A stretch of DNA of 63,909 nucleotides, the filler included, from Octopus bimaculoides (Eukaryota), in NCBI RefSeq assembly GCF_001194135.2. It is 7 parts of 5 records of this genome, joined end to end, with 100 filler letters (N's around TTAATTAATTAA, not from the genome) between each part and the next. Parts side by side here need not be neighbours in the genome. Positions count along the whole stretch, not along the records: positions 1 to 31,741 come from NC_068981.1; positions 31,842 to 39,185 come from NC_068983.1; 5 more parts are not named here. One strand, given 5' to 3'. Below the pieces are notes generated by a model, which was not told the origin of the DNA, did not search any database, and saw nothing but the letters and a program-made list of their open reading frames with translations. The position numbers were made by a program, and so were the translations under genes. Shown here piece by piece: positions 24,253 to 37,248 of this stretch; position 1 is the first letter of the stretch, and each line of letters opens with the position of its first letter.

Positions 24253-25549
24253 TGTTAGAATTCGTGTTTTAAATAGCTTAAATAGTATAAACATTATAAA
24301 TATAACATGTTATGTACGTTATTAAATGTTGTGAAGCTACGGTACTTCGTCTCAGGGGAGATCCTTTTAAAAATGTATTGTGTTTAAAAATACAGTATAT
24401 CTCAAAGCTAGGCGAAACGAAATAATTTTTACGTTATTCATATACGTACCTCTAGTCGGCAGAAACGGATAATTTCGGAGATGGAAGTGTGTGGCATTAA
24501 AGAGCGGAAATAACCGCGAAATAATGATATATGTGTCACTACCTTCACTTGTGGTTCGATTCGTTTTATCTAGTTTTGAGGAATGCTGTGTTTTTAAGTG
24601 CAAGACGTCTTTAAAGGGGTCTTTTTTGGACGAAATGTCGTAGTTTCATAGCGTTTAATAATGTACATATATTGAGTATGTCATATGGATAATATTTACA
24701 TACATACATATACGTACACATATACACTTATATATATATATATATTTAAATTCTTTAAATTGTTTAGCTTTCAAGTTGCGGTCATGCTGGGGCACCTCCC
24801 ACCACATGCATGTGCGTGCACTTATCAATATCACACTCTTTGTATGTGCTTCATACAAAAAGGTGGGTGGTCTTTGTTGGCAACAGATAGCAATTTTTAA
24901 AGACCTTTTCCCTCTTCTTGTAGAGTTGAAGTCCGACGTACTAAACATAAATTTTCCTCATATCTGTCTTAATGGGAAATCGGTGATATTAATGTTAAAA
25001 TTAGATTTGTATCTATGTAAGTTAATAACGTTGCACTTCATTGGCTGAATGTTCAGTGCGACGTCCACTTACTGACTGTGTTATGTTTCAGTATCGAGGA
25101 CACATAGAACCAGTAGAGAGTTAGTAGGGAGAGAGGGGGAGAGGGAAAGAGAGATTGAGAGAGAAGAGAGAGAAAGGGTTAGAAAGAGAAAAACAGGGAG
25201 ATATACTTTACCAACCTTACGTAGCCTAGATTTATCACATGCAGTTAAAATCATAAAAGGTATTTAGATGACCATATGGCTTAACAATGTTAGAAACAAC
25301 GTTATACATACAGAAAGATAGTTACTGCCAGTGAAAAGTTTTAATACATAGACATCAAATTTAGTCAATAGAGTAGCCACACCCTTTTATGACAATGTTT
25401 CTAACGAAATACACGTTTTATTTCAAATTATTTTGAAAGTAGTTTGGAGAAATTTTTCCAGTATTCTATTATCAATTTCACCAGAAGTTGTGATAATGCT
25501 GGGACCGTTGGTGCTAATTAGTGTTACTGATTATTTATTTTAGACTCAC

Positions 25550-25651
25550 TTCTCTACTTATCTCCGGAATCGGTTTTGGTGAAAGAATGATTGGAACAAA
25601 GTTCTCTTTTTTTGTGTTTCTGGTCGTGATACCTGGTCTTGTATTTAAGAT
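25550..25651 (-). CDS. Candidate 102-nt phase 0-0 exon (ILNTRPGITTRNTKKENFVPIILSPKPIPEISRE), unidentified
   Basis: TACTAAC branch-point consensus about 20 nt upstream, the first downstream AG as acceptor, an open frame and a GAA|GTGAGT donor. Confidence 0.4.
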
Positions 25652-26274
25652 CTACAGTCATTTTCAGGCAAGTTAGTATGTAAAGGGCTTCAAGACTCTC
25701 ACAAAAGACTCCGAGATTAGTACTGCATACCCACAATAAAACTAAACTACCTACACGTAAATCCACCAATGAAATGTTTCATTTAATCAGTTACAGCATC
25801 ATCGTAGGGATATTTAATCATTAATGTAACATTAGATTTTTTCATAGACTGTAAAACGTTCGCATCCGTCTTTCCCCGCTATTCTAGTAATACATCGAAA
25901 AGAAACTCGATATTTTGATTTCTAACATAAGCACGAGGTTTCAAAAGTACCATGAAGAAAACACGAACGAAAAATGAAATATAAAGTGAAAGTTAGTATT
26001 TCATAAAAAAAGAAAAGATTTTCGTGGGAAAATGTCGTAAACGGTTATCTAAAAGCTATCATCTTGATAAAATGTCAATTTGAGAAAAAGCCGTTTATTC
26101 ACACTAAATTCTTGATATGAAACAACGAAATTCTATAAGAGGCATAAATAAAATCATATTATAAAAGAGAACAAGCAGGTGTGTGATTAAAATGTCGTAA
26201 TATATTCTAACACATGCACACATGTGTGCATCTGCGCCTATATACAGACGTATGTTTGTGTGTGTGTGTGAGTA

Positions 26275-26329
<55 letters not shown>

Positions 26330-26961
26330 TATACACACATATATATATATATATATTATATAAGCATGTATATGTGTGTGTGTTTAGATAGATAGATGAA
26401 AGTATAAAAATCACAAAAATAATGTGTGTAATATTATGAAACAAAGAGGAGTGAAACAAATAGTACGTGGAATTAGACAAGTGAAAACACATGACTGATT
26501 AAATGTAGAAATAAAAAGCACAAAAACAACAACCAAAAGAGTGTACACTGAAGATTAAAACTGCCAAAGGAAGAAACAAATGTGAATCTAATGTTTCGGG
26601 TGATACCTCTATCAAAGAGAAGATAAAAGAGAAAGAGAGAAAAATAGATGATACCGAATTAAAGACATCTGTGTATAAGTTACGTTTGAAGTAGTTCACT
26701 GAGTATTATTTGATTATTTGTTTGTTTATCTCTTCATAATATTACTTGTGTTATCTGTGTAATTAATTGAGTAATTTGTATTTATTTTATCCTTTACGTT
26801 CTTAATCCTACGCAGAATAAATGGCTGCTCCATTGCAGATTGACCATAATGACTATATATATACATACACACATGAATGTACATCCATCCATACAGTCAT
26901 GCATATACATACATGTAATATTATATATTTCATTATACTGGTTCTTATATATTATATATAC

Positions 26962-27014
26962 CGGTCCAAGAACATAGCACCAGTGCACATTTTCACAGGT
27001 CCTACCTGTAACAT
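26962..27014 (-). CDS. Candidate 53-nt exon (DVTGRTCENVHWCYVLGP), unidentified
   Basis: Strong TTCGTCTTTTCTCCAG acceptor, weaker CCG|GTATAT donor; phase-compatible with neighbouring candidates. Confidence 0.25.
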
Positions 27015-27784
27015 CTGGAGAAAAGACGAAATACTCTAATAGCTTGGGATTCAAAGGCTCAAACTTTTTAATATTGCCCCCCCCCCCNNNNNNNNNNNNN
27101 NNNNNNNNNNNNNNNNNNNNNNNNNNNNNNNNNNNNNNNNNNNNNNNNNNNNNNNNNNNNNNNNNNNNNNNNNNNNNNNNNNNNNNNNNNNNNNNNNNNN
27201 NNNNNNNNNNNNNNNNNNNNNNNNNNNNNNNNNNNNNNNNNNNNNNNNNNNNNNNNNNNNNNNNNNNNNNNNNNNNNNNNNNNNNNNNNNNNNNNNNNNN
27301 NNNNNNNNNNNNNNNNNNNNNNNNNNNNNNNNNNNNNNNNNNNNNNNNNNNNNNNNNNNNNNNNNNNNNNNNNNNNNNNNNNNNNNNNNNNNNNNNNNNN
27401 NNNNNNNNNNNNNNNNNNNNNNNNNNNNNNNNNNNNNNNNNNNNNNNNNNNNNNNNNNNNNNNNNNNNNNNNNNNNNNNNNNNNNNNNNNNNNNNNNNNN
27501 NNNNNNNNNNNNNNNNNNNNNNNNNNNNNNNNNNNNNNNNNNNNNNNNNNNNNNNNNNNNNNNNNNNNNNNNNNNNNNNNNNNNNNNNNNNNNNNNNNNN
27601 NNNNNNNNNNNNNNNNNNNNNNNNNNNNNNNNNNNNNNNNNNNNNNNNNNNNNNNNNNNNNNNNNNNNNNNNNNNNNNNNNNNNNNNNNNNNNNNNNNNN
27701 NNNNNNNNNNNNNNNNNNNNNNNNNNNNNNNNNNNNNNNNNNNNNNNNNNNNNNNNNNNNNNNNNNNNNNNNNNNNNNNNNNNN

Positions 27785-27832
<48 letters not shown>

Positions 27833-29125
27833 CGTGTGTGTGTGTGTGTGTACTAGCAGACAGACCGCCTTGCAGTTTATATTCTGTTTACCACTTTGCA
27901 ATATTTTCACGCTTGATTCCAAATGTGAGTAATTTTTCGGACACGTTAAGTCTAATTTTCCTTTGTATCCTTTATTCGTCTTATAGTAGTCACTTGCTTA
28001 ATAATACATCTTGCATTATTTTATCGCAATCTTCATCTCTCCCTTTTAAACGAATTTGAAGGTGGTTCATCAATAGGACCGTGTTTGTGCCAGAAAGAGT
28101 AACGGATCACATGGTTATATTCTAAGACCTATAACAGATCAAACAGACATACCAACAAATTCACCTCAGACCATCTTTTTGTATTTCAAATTATGCCGGT
28201 ATCTCGGGAAAACTTCCTTTTATTAAAAAAAATATTCATTCAACAAATTCCAGAAGGGTGATTTTCTGCTCGTCAGAAAATGTTTACGTATTTGATTGCT
28301 AATTTGTGTAATTTTTCTGATATGTTATGTCTTATCTTTCATTTCGTCTAATAGCGCTCGCTTGCCCTATAAATGAATTTAAAAAGATTGCTATCATTCG
28401 AAACTGTGAATTTATAAAGAAATAAAGCATTATATTGACTTAACGTAGCTGTCTAAAATTCCTCTGTTTATAGTAAATATATATCAGAATATTTCGTAAC
28501 TTTGTATGGCGGTGAACGAAAATGCAACACCTAATATGTATAGGAAAAGCGAACTAATTTTATTGCATAACCTATTATTTCCTTTATATTTCTTTACGTT
28601 GGTATGTATATATATCTTTGTGCATTTTGATATTTATAATTTATACAATCTTATATTGAATAAAGGCGGAAGAGAGTAGGAGAGAAAGAGAGAGGAGAGA
28701 AAGATAGAGAGAAATAAGGAAAGGAAAAAAGAGAGAAAGAAAGAAAAGAAGAAAAAGAAAGGAAGGAGTGAAGGAAGAAAGAGAGCGTTGCTAGGAAAGA
28801 AAAGTAACGGAGTTAGTGTGGGAGAAAGACTGAAATTATGAGTTGAATTGAAAATTTAATATGGAAGTAAATAGTGCAGTATATATATAGTTTTATGTAT
28901 GTATGTATTTAATCGAATGAAGCTTTAAATATGAAATTTCTGTGTTAGTTTGATATGACAAATAGATATACAAATAAAAATGTTCACAAATAAAGACCAA
29001 ATGCAGAAAGTCGTTAAAAAGAAAAGGATGAATATGAGAGTGACAAAGGTAAAGTCATAAGAATGTAAAAAGACTAAGAGAAATAGAGACGATAAAGAAA
29101 GAAGAGATGGAAAGGAAGAAAGAGT

Positions 29126-29127
<2 letters not shown>

Positions 29128-29187
<60 letters not shown>
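29128..29187. repeat. (AG)n microsatellite
   Basis: Direct observation. Confidence 0.95.
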
Positions 29188-29191
<4 letters not shown>

Positions 29192-31228
29192 ATTGCTAGG
29201 ATGCAGTAGCAGAGAAGGGATACAAATGCAAAACGCTGCAGTAAAAAGAATTGTCGTTGCTGATAAGCGTGCAGTTGAACACTTAAATAATAAAAGAAAC
29301 TTCAAAACCACATTTTAATAAAAAAAAGAATGTTAAAATTGGAAATGATAAGAATTTTCTAGGCAGTGAAAACCTTAATAATTGCTTTCTTGAGGTAAAA
29401 CTTATATAATTCCAACTAATTAATCAGCAGCTTTCTCCATTATTATGCATTTCTACATTGGTTTCTGTTGGTTCATTAAAATGCTATAAATTACAGAACT
29501 CACTATGTTAAGGTAAAATATACTTTAACATATTTTCATCTAATAGTTTTAAAATACCAATACCTCGAGTTTCGGAAACCTGCTCTTTCGGCTGACAATC
29601 TGTGTCGCTTCTTAAAACGACGAAAGTTCGATTATTTTGAAACAATGCTTTAGTTCAATCGACAAAAATTTTTGAAGGTTATGTATGCAATGCTTGTAAA
29701 AACGAGTTCTTAAACACACAACAAGATTTTGTTACGTAAAAATTTATTTCAGCTCATTTGAGTTAAGCTGTGTTATGCATATAATTGATGGGTTGTCAAA
29801 AGCATAAAATATACAAATTTTAACATTTTAAAGATTAAAAAGTGGTTTTGAAGTTTCTTTTATCATTTATGGCGTTAATCTAATGAATGATTGCTTTAAA
29901 TGATAGCTTATCTATGCTATTGATTAGAAAAGGAAACCGAGCATGTGTTCTCTGAGGAGTAGTCAGCAAATTGTGAAATGGTCGATCAGAAGACACTGAT
30001 GTAATGTTCTAAAATAAGAACCGTTGTTTCAACATTGCATTTCCATCTGCTTCCTGGCTCTTATGGGAATACGAAAATAATCTAACTTCGTATTTATTCA
30101 TCATTGCCTTTAGAGTGCAAAACTTACACAAAAGATGATTAACTTCATAATTACAAAGCGCTAATAATTCTGTCTGTTCTTTTGCTCAGATCATTACTAC
30201 CTTCTTGATTTGGAACTGCCATTCTTGTAGACATGTATTTTATCTCTTGATGACCAATAAATTTTGAATCAGTTAAACTTGTCCCACGTTAGAACCACAT
30301 CAATTTCGACAATGCCGCAGCATAGTTCCTTTTCAATCAAGACAAAACGAACGTTTGTTTAAAATATTGATTTTAAACTCTTATTCCATTTGCCCGATTA
30401 TTCGCTTTTGGTACATTGTTATTATTGGTTTCTACTTTACTGCTATGTTCTAAAAACTCTGCCAAGCAACAACAGAACGAATATCACGAATTGTAAAGTA
30501 ACATGATTAATGTTGACTAAATTCTCGCCTTTGTAATTTTTCAGCCTTGCAACAATATAACCTCTGATCCTTACCAGTTGAATACCTAACTTCAAGACAG
30601 ATCCTATCTAATATCTGACTATATGTGTGTGTGTGTATCATATGCTCGTGTGTGTGTTGTGTACATGTGCGTGTATGTATGTGTGTACTATACAAGATGG
30701 ACGGAAAATGGCTATCTATGAAAGTAACCTCCTTGCTATGTTAGTTCTTACTGCTAGATTAAATATTGAATTTACTATAAAAATAATCCTTTCTCCCATG
30801 TTTACGCTGTGAGACCACCATAATAAACCCAGCTGCTTTTATAAGAGCATAATTAGTGGCAAATATCCAAATACCTGTCAATTAATATCATCAACTGCGT
30901 TCCTCAATATGCTGGGCGAGTGGTTAGATTGCCTGTGTATATATTTTAAGTTCTCAATCGTCTTTTGGTATGGTCCGAGCAATTATTGTCGAAACTCAAG
31001 TGTGCCGTTTGAAAATTAATCGTTAAGATTAGTATTATTGTAATATTAAGTCTTATTCTCCGAAATACTTTAATGTGACCCCGCCTAAATCTATCCAATT
31101 TACAATTACCCAATAGAATTAGAATTTCCCAATAGAATTAGGCCATCATCACGGTATAAACCACAATCCATATTAGAAAATTTCTTCTTCAGTAGATCTA
31201 GAACGGATAACCCTATAATTTCACTCAC

Positions 31229-31338
31229 CTGAAAGATCGTATGCTCTCAAAAATACACATGCTTTTGTTAATCTGTGTTTCGTTATAAGAAAAACAGGAT
31301 TGAATTTCTCGCATTGAAAGTCACTTAAATTTTCGACT
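31229..31338 (-). CDS. Candidate 110-nt exon (VENLSDFQCEKFNPVFLITKHRLTKACVFLRAYDLS), unidentified
   Basis: CAG|GTGAGT donor, TTACAG acceptor and one open frame; an alternative acceptor lies near 31272. Confidence 0.25.
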
Positions 31339-31741
31339 CTGTAATATCAATATGCATTTATCTATTTATTTTTTGTAAAATCTAGGACCTTCACTAACAA
31401 AAGCTTGGTTACGGAATGATCAGGACTGCTGAATCTAACTGAATGAAACTAGAGTATTTCTTCTCTTTTATCCCACAATACCATTCTAGCTCTACCAAAA
31501 TATGGCACCGGAGCTTTGAGGAGGAAACTACTTTCAGCGTGAAAACGATTTTCTTTAATATTCTTTTGCTAACTGTAATTAAATCTGGTTTAGTAGCATT
31601 GATTAATCAACACTTAGTGTCTGCTTTCAAAGATAAATTTATGGACTAAGTGCTAGAAAAGGATCAGAGTGTATATACAAACATACACACATATAAGCAC
31701 ATAGACACGCGCGCGCACGCATACGTATATACGTATATATA

Positions 31742-31841
31742 NNNNNNNNNNNNNNNNNNNNNNNNNNNNNNNNNNNNNNNNNNNNTTAATTAATTAANNN
31801 NNNNNNNNNNNNNNNNNNNNNNNNNNNNNNNNNNNNNNNNN
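31742..31841. other. Artificial 100-bp assembly spacer (44N-TTAATTAATTAA-44N)
   Basis: Same structure at six sites; the palindrome gives stops in all six frames. Confidence 0.95.
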
Positions 31842-31889
<48 letters not shown>

Positions 31890-32326
31890 TACATACGTAC
31901 ATTTATATATATATTCATACATATTTACACACACACAGACGCGTGTGTGTGTGTGTGTGTGTGTGTATTTACAATGTTTTATTTGTTGACCTAAAATGTT
32001 CTCTCTTTAGAAATGTTCCTTGTCGTCCCTGCATATATAATCTGCACAAAAAGGTTAGACATCTTTCTGTGCTTAATGCCCAACGATGTATCTGCACGAT
32101 TAAATAAAACTTCTACTGACATCAATACAGCTTTGCCACTAAGTTTTTCTTCTTTTTTTTGAATTCTAAGCGTGAATATGCATTCTACACCGATGCCAGC
32201 CAATTCCACGATCGGTTATGATTTCTCTATATTTTTTTATTGAGTAGTTTTGCTAGATACCGCGTTCCGGATGAAGGTCAGTCACTCAATAACGTCTTCA
32301 GAGAGCCACTAAGGACGTAGGTTAGA

Positions 32327-32558
32327 AAGGCGGTGAGCTGGCAGAAACGTTAGCACGCCGGGCGAAATGCTTAGCGGTATTTTGTCTGCCGTTACGTTCT
32401 GAGTTCAAATTCCACCGAGGTCGACTTTGCCTTTCATCCTTTCGGAGTCGATAAATTAAGTACCAGTTACGCACTGGGGTTGATGTAATCGACTTAATCC
32501 CTTTGTCTGTCCTTGTTTGTCCCCTTTATGTTTAGCCCCTTGTGGGCAATAAGGAACT
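32327..32558 (+). mobile_element. Full-length family A SINE, followed by a diverged tandem copy (32576-32780)
   Basis: AGGCGGTGAGCTGGCAGAAACG head, GAGTTCAAATTCC B box and TTTGCCTTTCATCCTTTCGGAGTCGATAAATTAAGTACCAG core (resembles MetaSINE/Nin-type domains from memory, not verified); both copies are preceded by GACGT(A/G)GGTTAGAA. Confidence 0.85.
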
Positions 32559-33608
32559 AAAAATGACGTGGGTTAGAAAGGTGGTGAGCTAGCAGAAGCG
32601 TTAGCACACTGGATAAAATTCTCAGCGATATTTCTTTCGGCTTTTCGCCCCAAGTTCAAAAACGGCCGAGATTGATTTTACTTTTCGTCATTTCGGGGTC
32701 GATAAAATAAGTTACTAGTCGAGCACTGGGATCTATGTAATCGACTTGTCCCCTCCGTTAAACTTTCAGGCCCTTTGTCTCGAGTAAAAATAATTAACGA
32801 TGTTACAGCTGCAATACATATTCCACAAAAGCAGGAGGACGGGTAACGAAATAATCGGTTCTTATTTGCCGACACAAACCACAACTAGTTTCCTCAGATT
32901 CTCTTCTGTACTAAAGAAGACGCAATTTACATGTTTGGGGTGTAAATAAAGTATTTATAAGCAAGAGAACACTCGAGAGATTATGAAAAGGAGTTATGTG
33001 ATGTGACCTGCTGTTGTATCCGCTTGGAGGAAACGATCAGATTGTGTGATTGCCTTCGTTATTCTTTAAACTATTTTTGCAAAGAAAGAGTCAATCTTTA
33101 AAGACTTAGGAATTCTCTTAAATTCAAGCAACAATGAATTAATAGACTAACATACTAAACTAAAGGTTCTCTGTGTTTACTGTGCCGTGTTTGAATTTAG
33201 TTTGCAGGTTTGCTGAACATCTCGCCTCTGCAAGGTTACCGTGTTAACAAAGAAGCCTAACAATGAGTTTAGGTGTGATTATGAAGGAATAATCGGAAAC
33301 CACAGGTTTAGCATCATAAATAGTCTTTTTAATGTTATATAATATTATACACTCGAATGGTTTCTTTTAGACGACATAGTGAAGCCTGATCAAGCGGAAC
33401 ATTTAGTAAAGTCGGTCAAGACTGAGTAGAAAGCCGTGGGAAAGAAGGACTGTTGTCACAGACTCAAACTGCTTTCACTACAAGGAAGATTTACGCTTGG
33501 TTGACTAATGTCATGCAAGTACAGTTAATGATACTGATGACGACGACGATGATGATGATGATGATGATGATGATCGTAACGCAGATAAAGGCAATAATAA
33601 TAATACTG

Positions 33609-33660
<52 letters not shown>

Positions 33661-33683
33661 TAATAATAATAAAGCAACTACAT

Positions 33684-34035
33684 TAGCCATTGTTATTGAG
33701 ACACTTGGAATGATATCGAAAGGAGTAAACAAATATACAGACGAAATTAGAAGCGGCCTCAAACTAAGTGAACTGCAAAAGATTACCCTGATGGCTATCT
33801 CACATATTTTATGTAAATTCCTCTCCATGTAAATATAATCTTATTCAGATCTCTTTTATTATAAATTTCATAAAGAAGTTGATTTTAGTTGGGGTTTTTT
33901 TAAAACACAGACTATAATTCTTTTCAGTTGCGTCGCATCCCACCTGTTCGTATCTTTACATACAAAATCTTGTCCAATTGAAGAAGTCGATGGTTGAAAT
34001 TTTGGGTGCAGCTTGTATAAATTAAGCGAAGGCAA

Positions 34036-34113
<78 letters not shown>
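33684..34113 (+). mobile_element. 3' end of an RLE-type (R4/Dong/NeSL-like) LINE with (AAT)n tail
   Basis: AIVIETLGMISKGVNKY...ELQKITLMAISHILCKFLSM* resembles the RLE C-terminus V.IGALG.I.K...LQK..LL.T.HILRK.L; the 3' UTR ends in (AAT)n. Confidence 0.6.
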
Positions 34114-34116
<3 letters not shown>

Positions 34117-34322
34117 TTACATGTATGTTACATATATATTATATTATATCTTGATACTGTGTGGAATAAGATCCCCGTTGACAGGCCGCTGGTATTTATA
34201 GAGTGTTAAACACTTTCGGTATGCAAATTAGGGACACCTTCATAGAATAACTGCTGCATTTGGTGAGTATATAAGCAGTTAGGCTGACTGTCTCTCTGAA
34301 TACTGTCAGAATGATGTAGACG

Positions 34323-34363
34323 TCTCTGATGAGAACCCAATAAGGTTCGAAAATCGATTAAGG
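34323..34363 (+). ncRNA. Minimal type I hammerhead ribozyme candidate
   Basis: CUGAUGA, stem II GAACC-CAATAA-GGTTC, GAAA, 2-bp stem III with palindromic TCGA loop, UUA triplet at 34358-34360; stem I is only 3 bp. Confidence 0.55.
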
Positions 34364-34498
34364 GTGTTCATAATTTCCTTCAGTCTATGGAGAAATGGTT
34401 AAAATTCGCCCTGTTTATAATTATACCATATGTTACACACACACACATACACACACATCTATATATGATAGATCGCTAGCCACTACACATTCGTTATT

Positions 34499-34536
34499 TC
34501 TTTCTGTGGAAGAGCGTAGGCTCGAAACGTTAAAGA
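34499..34536 (+). ncRNA. Non-canonical minimal hammerhead-like motif
   Basis: Stem I TCTTT/AAAGA, stem II GAGC-GTAG-GCTC, GAAA and palindromic AACGTT stem III, but the core reads CUGUGGAA and the cleavage-site base is U. Confidence 0.35.
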
Positions 34537-34624
34537 CTTTATCACTTCCCGAGCGTTAAACTAGTACATCTATTTGTTGTCTACAGCACCTGCCTTCGTC
34601 TTTTGTCTTTTGTGAATTCTCCCT

Positions 34625-35579
34625 GTGTTCTGATGACTGAAATAATTAAAAGATAAAAAACGAAAGACATAGCCATCCGCCTATCCTACAACATGCAAAT
34701 ACATCTCTGAAAGACAATATTACTGAGGTAATCATCCAGAGATAATATCTATGAACATAGTGTAATCAACAGCAATATATATATATATATATANNNNNNN
34801 NNNNNNNNNNNNNNNNNNNNNNNNNNNNNNNNNNNNNNNNNNNNNNNNNNNNNNNNNNNNNNNNNNNNNNNNNNNNNNNNNNNNNNNNNNNNNNNNNNNN
34901 NNNNNNNNNNNNNNNNNNNNNNNNNNNNNNNNNNNNNNNNNNNNNNNNNNNNNNNNNNNNNNNNNNNNNNNNNNNNNNNNNNNNNNNNNNNNNNNNNNNN
35001 NNNNNNNNNNNNNNNNNNNNNNNNNNNNNNNNNNNNNNNNNNNNNNNNNNNNNNNNNNNNNNNNNNNNNNNNNNNNNNNNNNNNNNNNNNNNNNNNNNNN
35101 NNNNNNNNNNNNNNNNNNNNNNNNNNNNNNNNNNNNNNNNNNNNNNNNNNNNNNNNNNNNNNNNNNNNNNNNNNNNNNNNNNNNNNNNNNNNNNNNNNNN
35201 NNNNNNNNNNNNNNNNNNNNNNNNNNNNNNNNNNNNNNNNNNNNNNNNNNNNNNNNNNNNNNNNNNNNNNNNNNNNNNNNNNNNNNNNNNNNNNNNNNNN
35301 NNNNNNNNNNNNNNNNNNNNNNNNNNNNNNNNNNNNNNNNNNNNNNNNNNNNNNNNNNNNNNNNNNNNNNNNNNNNNNNNNNNNNNNNNNNNNNNNNNNN
35401 NNNNNNNNNNNNNNNNNNTATATATATATTGCTGTTGATTACACTATGTTCATAGATGTTATCTCTGGATGATTACCTCAGTAATATTGTCTTTCAGAGA
35501 TGTATTTGCATGTTGTAGGATAGGCGGATGGCTATGTCTTTCGTTTTTTATCTTTTAATTATTTCAGTCATCAGAACAC
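34625..35579. repeat. Near-perfect ~150-bp inverted duplication flanking a 625-N gap
   Basis: 34625-34775 is the reverse complement of 35428-35579 with one mismatch. Confidence 0.9.
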
Positions 35580-35925
35580 GACGATGCCGGAAAGGTTTTA
35601 TCCCAATAAATCGCCCCCAGTACTTCTGCTTCGAAAGTCTAGTACTTATTCTATCAGTCTTTTTCGCCGAACCGCTACGTTACAGAGGATGCAAACAGGC
35701 CAACACCTATTGTCAAGCGACGGTGGGGAATAAACACAGACACAAAAACACACGCGCATACATATATATCCATATATAAACGACAGGCTTCTGTAAAGCT
35801 TTCGTCTTCCAAAGTCACTTACAAGGTATTGGTCGGCCCAGGGTTACAGTAGAAAACACTTGTCCATGCTATCGCGCATTGTGAGTGAACCCAAAACCAT
35901 GTGGTTGCAATTCCAGCTTCTTAAC
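35550..35925 (-). mobile_element. Diverged CORE-SINE family B
   Basis: TTTCAGTCAT tail, TAGTACTTATTCTATC body and GAACCCAAAACCATGTGG head. Confidence 0.7.
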
Positions 35926-36355
35926 CCCCTATTTACACACGTTACTCTACTTAATATCGTAAACAGTTCCTACTTCGGCCAAATCCATTAGAGCCGGCAG
36001 CTGCTTTTTCTGAGACTCACCTTCCCCAAATCTCTTTACCATGGAAAACTGTTTTGTTGAAATAAGGGATCTGGCGAAACCATTCTACAGATGGCAAAAC
36101 CATTCCTGTTCATTCACTCTACGTTCGTTCTAGCATTTGCTAATATTGTTGCTGTTGTTGTTGTTGTTGTAGTTGCTATTGGTGTTGTTTCTTATGCGTT
36201 TCTTTTTTTTTCTGCATTTTATTTAGTTATTCATTTATTTATTTCGTCCTTAATGTTATACGCTGACAAGTCAAAACACTGAAACTATAGCTACACACAT
36301 ATAATTACAGATATACATACATAAATGTATGCATACACACACATATGTATGTGTG

Positions 36356-36403
<48 letters not shown>

Positions 36404-36429
36404 TGTGTATATATATATTTATACATATG

Positions 36430-36514
<85 letters not shown>

Positions 36515-37048
36515 GTGTGTGTATGTATTTGTATATGTATGTATATATATGCATATATATGTGTGTGTGTTCACATGTATGTATATGTATATACACATGT
36601 GAGTGCATATATGTATCTAGGAATATACGTTCATGTCTACATGCGTGTGTAACGGCGGTTGCGTGTCAGTGTATGTGTGTACGCGTGCGTGTGCGCGTCT
36701 ATGCGTGGGGCGTGCAGGTGCGTGTGCGTGCAGGTGCGTCTGCGTGCAGGTGCGTGTGCGTGTAGGTGCGTGTGCGTGTATGTGTGTGCGCGTAATGCGC
36801 TTCGCCACACAAACCAACGAACCAGCCAACAAACCTACCAGCCAACCATAATTTACGAAATGACGTAAACAATGGGTATTGCTGAAAAGTCAACGAGTGT
36901 AGACAGCTGCGCAATTTTAATTGACATGTGAGAAAGGTCATTGTATCATTTCATAAGCCCAGCTAGTAGTATTGTTACAAGGTACTCGATCACCAATGCT
37001 GGCTGAGTTTCTGGTGGAGAGTTCTTCGAATAGAAAAGCAGTACTTAC

Positions 37049-37106
37049 CAAAGATTTAGGCAATCAGTAGTGGCAGGCCAGGATAGCTTCAGAGTGTAAC
37101 TCTTTC
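37049..37106 (-). CDS. Candidate exon (GKSYTLKLSWPATTDCLNLW), unidentified
   Basis: TG|GTAAGT donor and pyrimidine-rich CCTCTGCAG acceptor; the frame is open further upstream. Confidence 0.2.
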
Positions 37107-37217
37107 CTGCAGAGGATTCTGGGGTTAAAGAACCTGTTTGACCCAGCGCAACAATTCCGTTGGTTTTTGCACTTGTTGACAAATAATACTTGTCGAGTTT
37201 AGACCTATATATGTGGG

Positions 37218-37248
<31 letters not shown>

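Noticed and set aside
24604-24645. Hammerhead-like GTC..GAC-GAAA-TGTC
   Set aside because: The conserved CUGANGA core is absent (CTTTAAA).
29948-29991. Hammerhead-like CUGAGGA...GAAA...UC with 4-bp stem I
   Set aside because: Stem II is mostly G-U pairs and stem III is weak; a chance match or fully decayed copy cannot be distinguished.
30104-30340. Coding-looking minus-strand frame ending at a GTAAGT donor
   Set aside because: It has two in-frame stops, no clear acceptor and no recognised homology.
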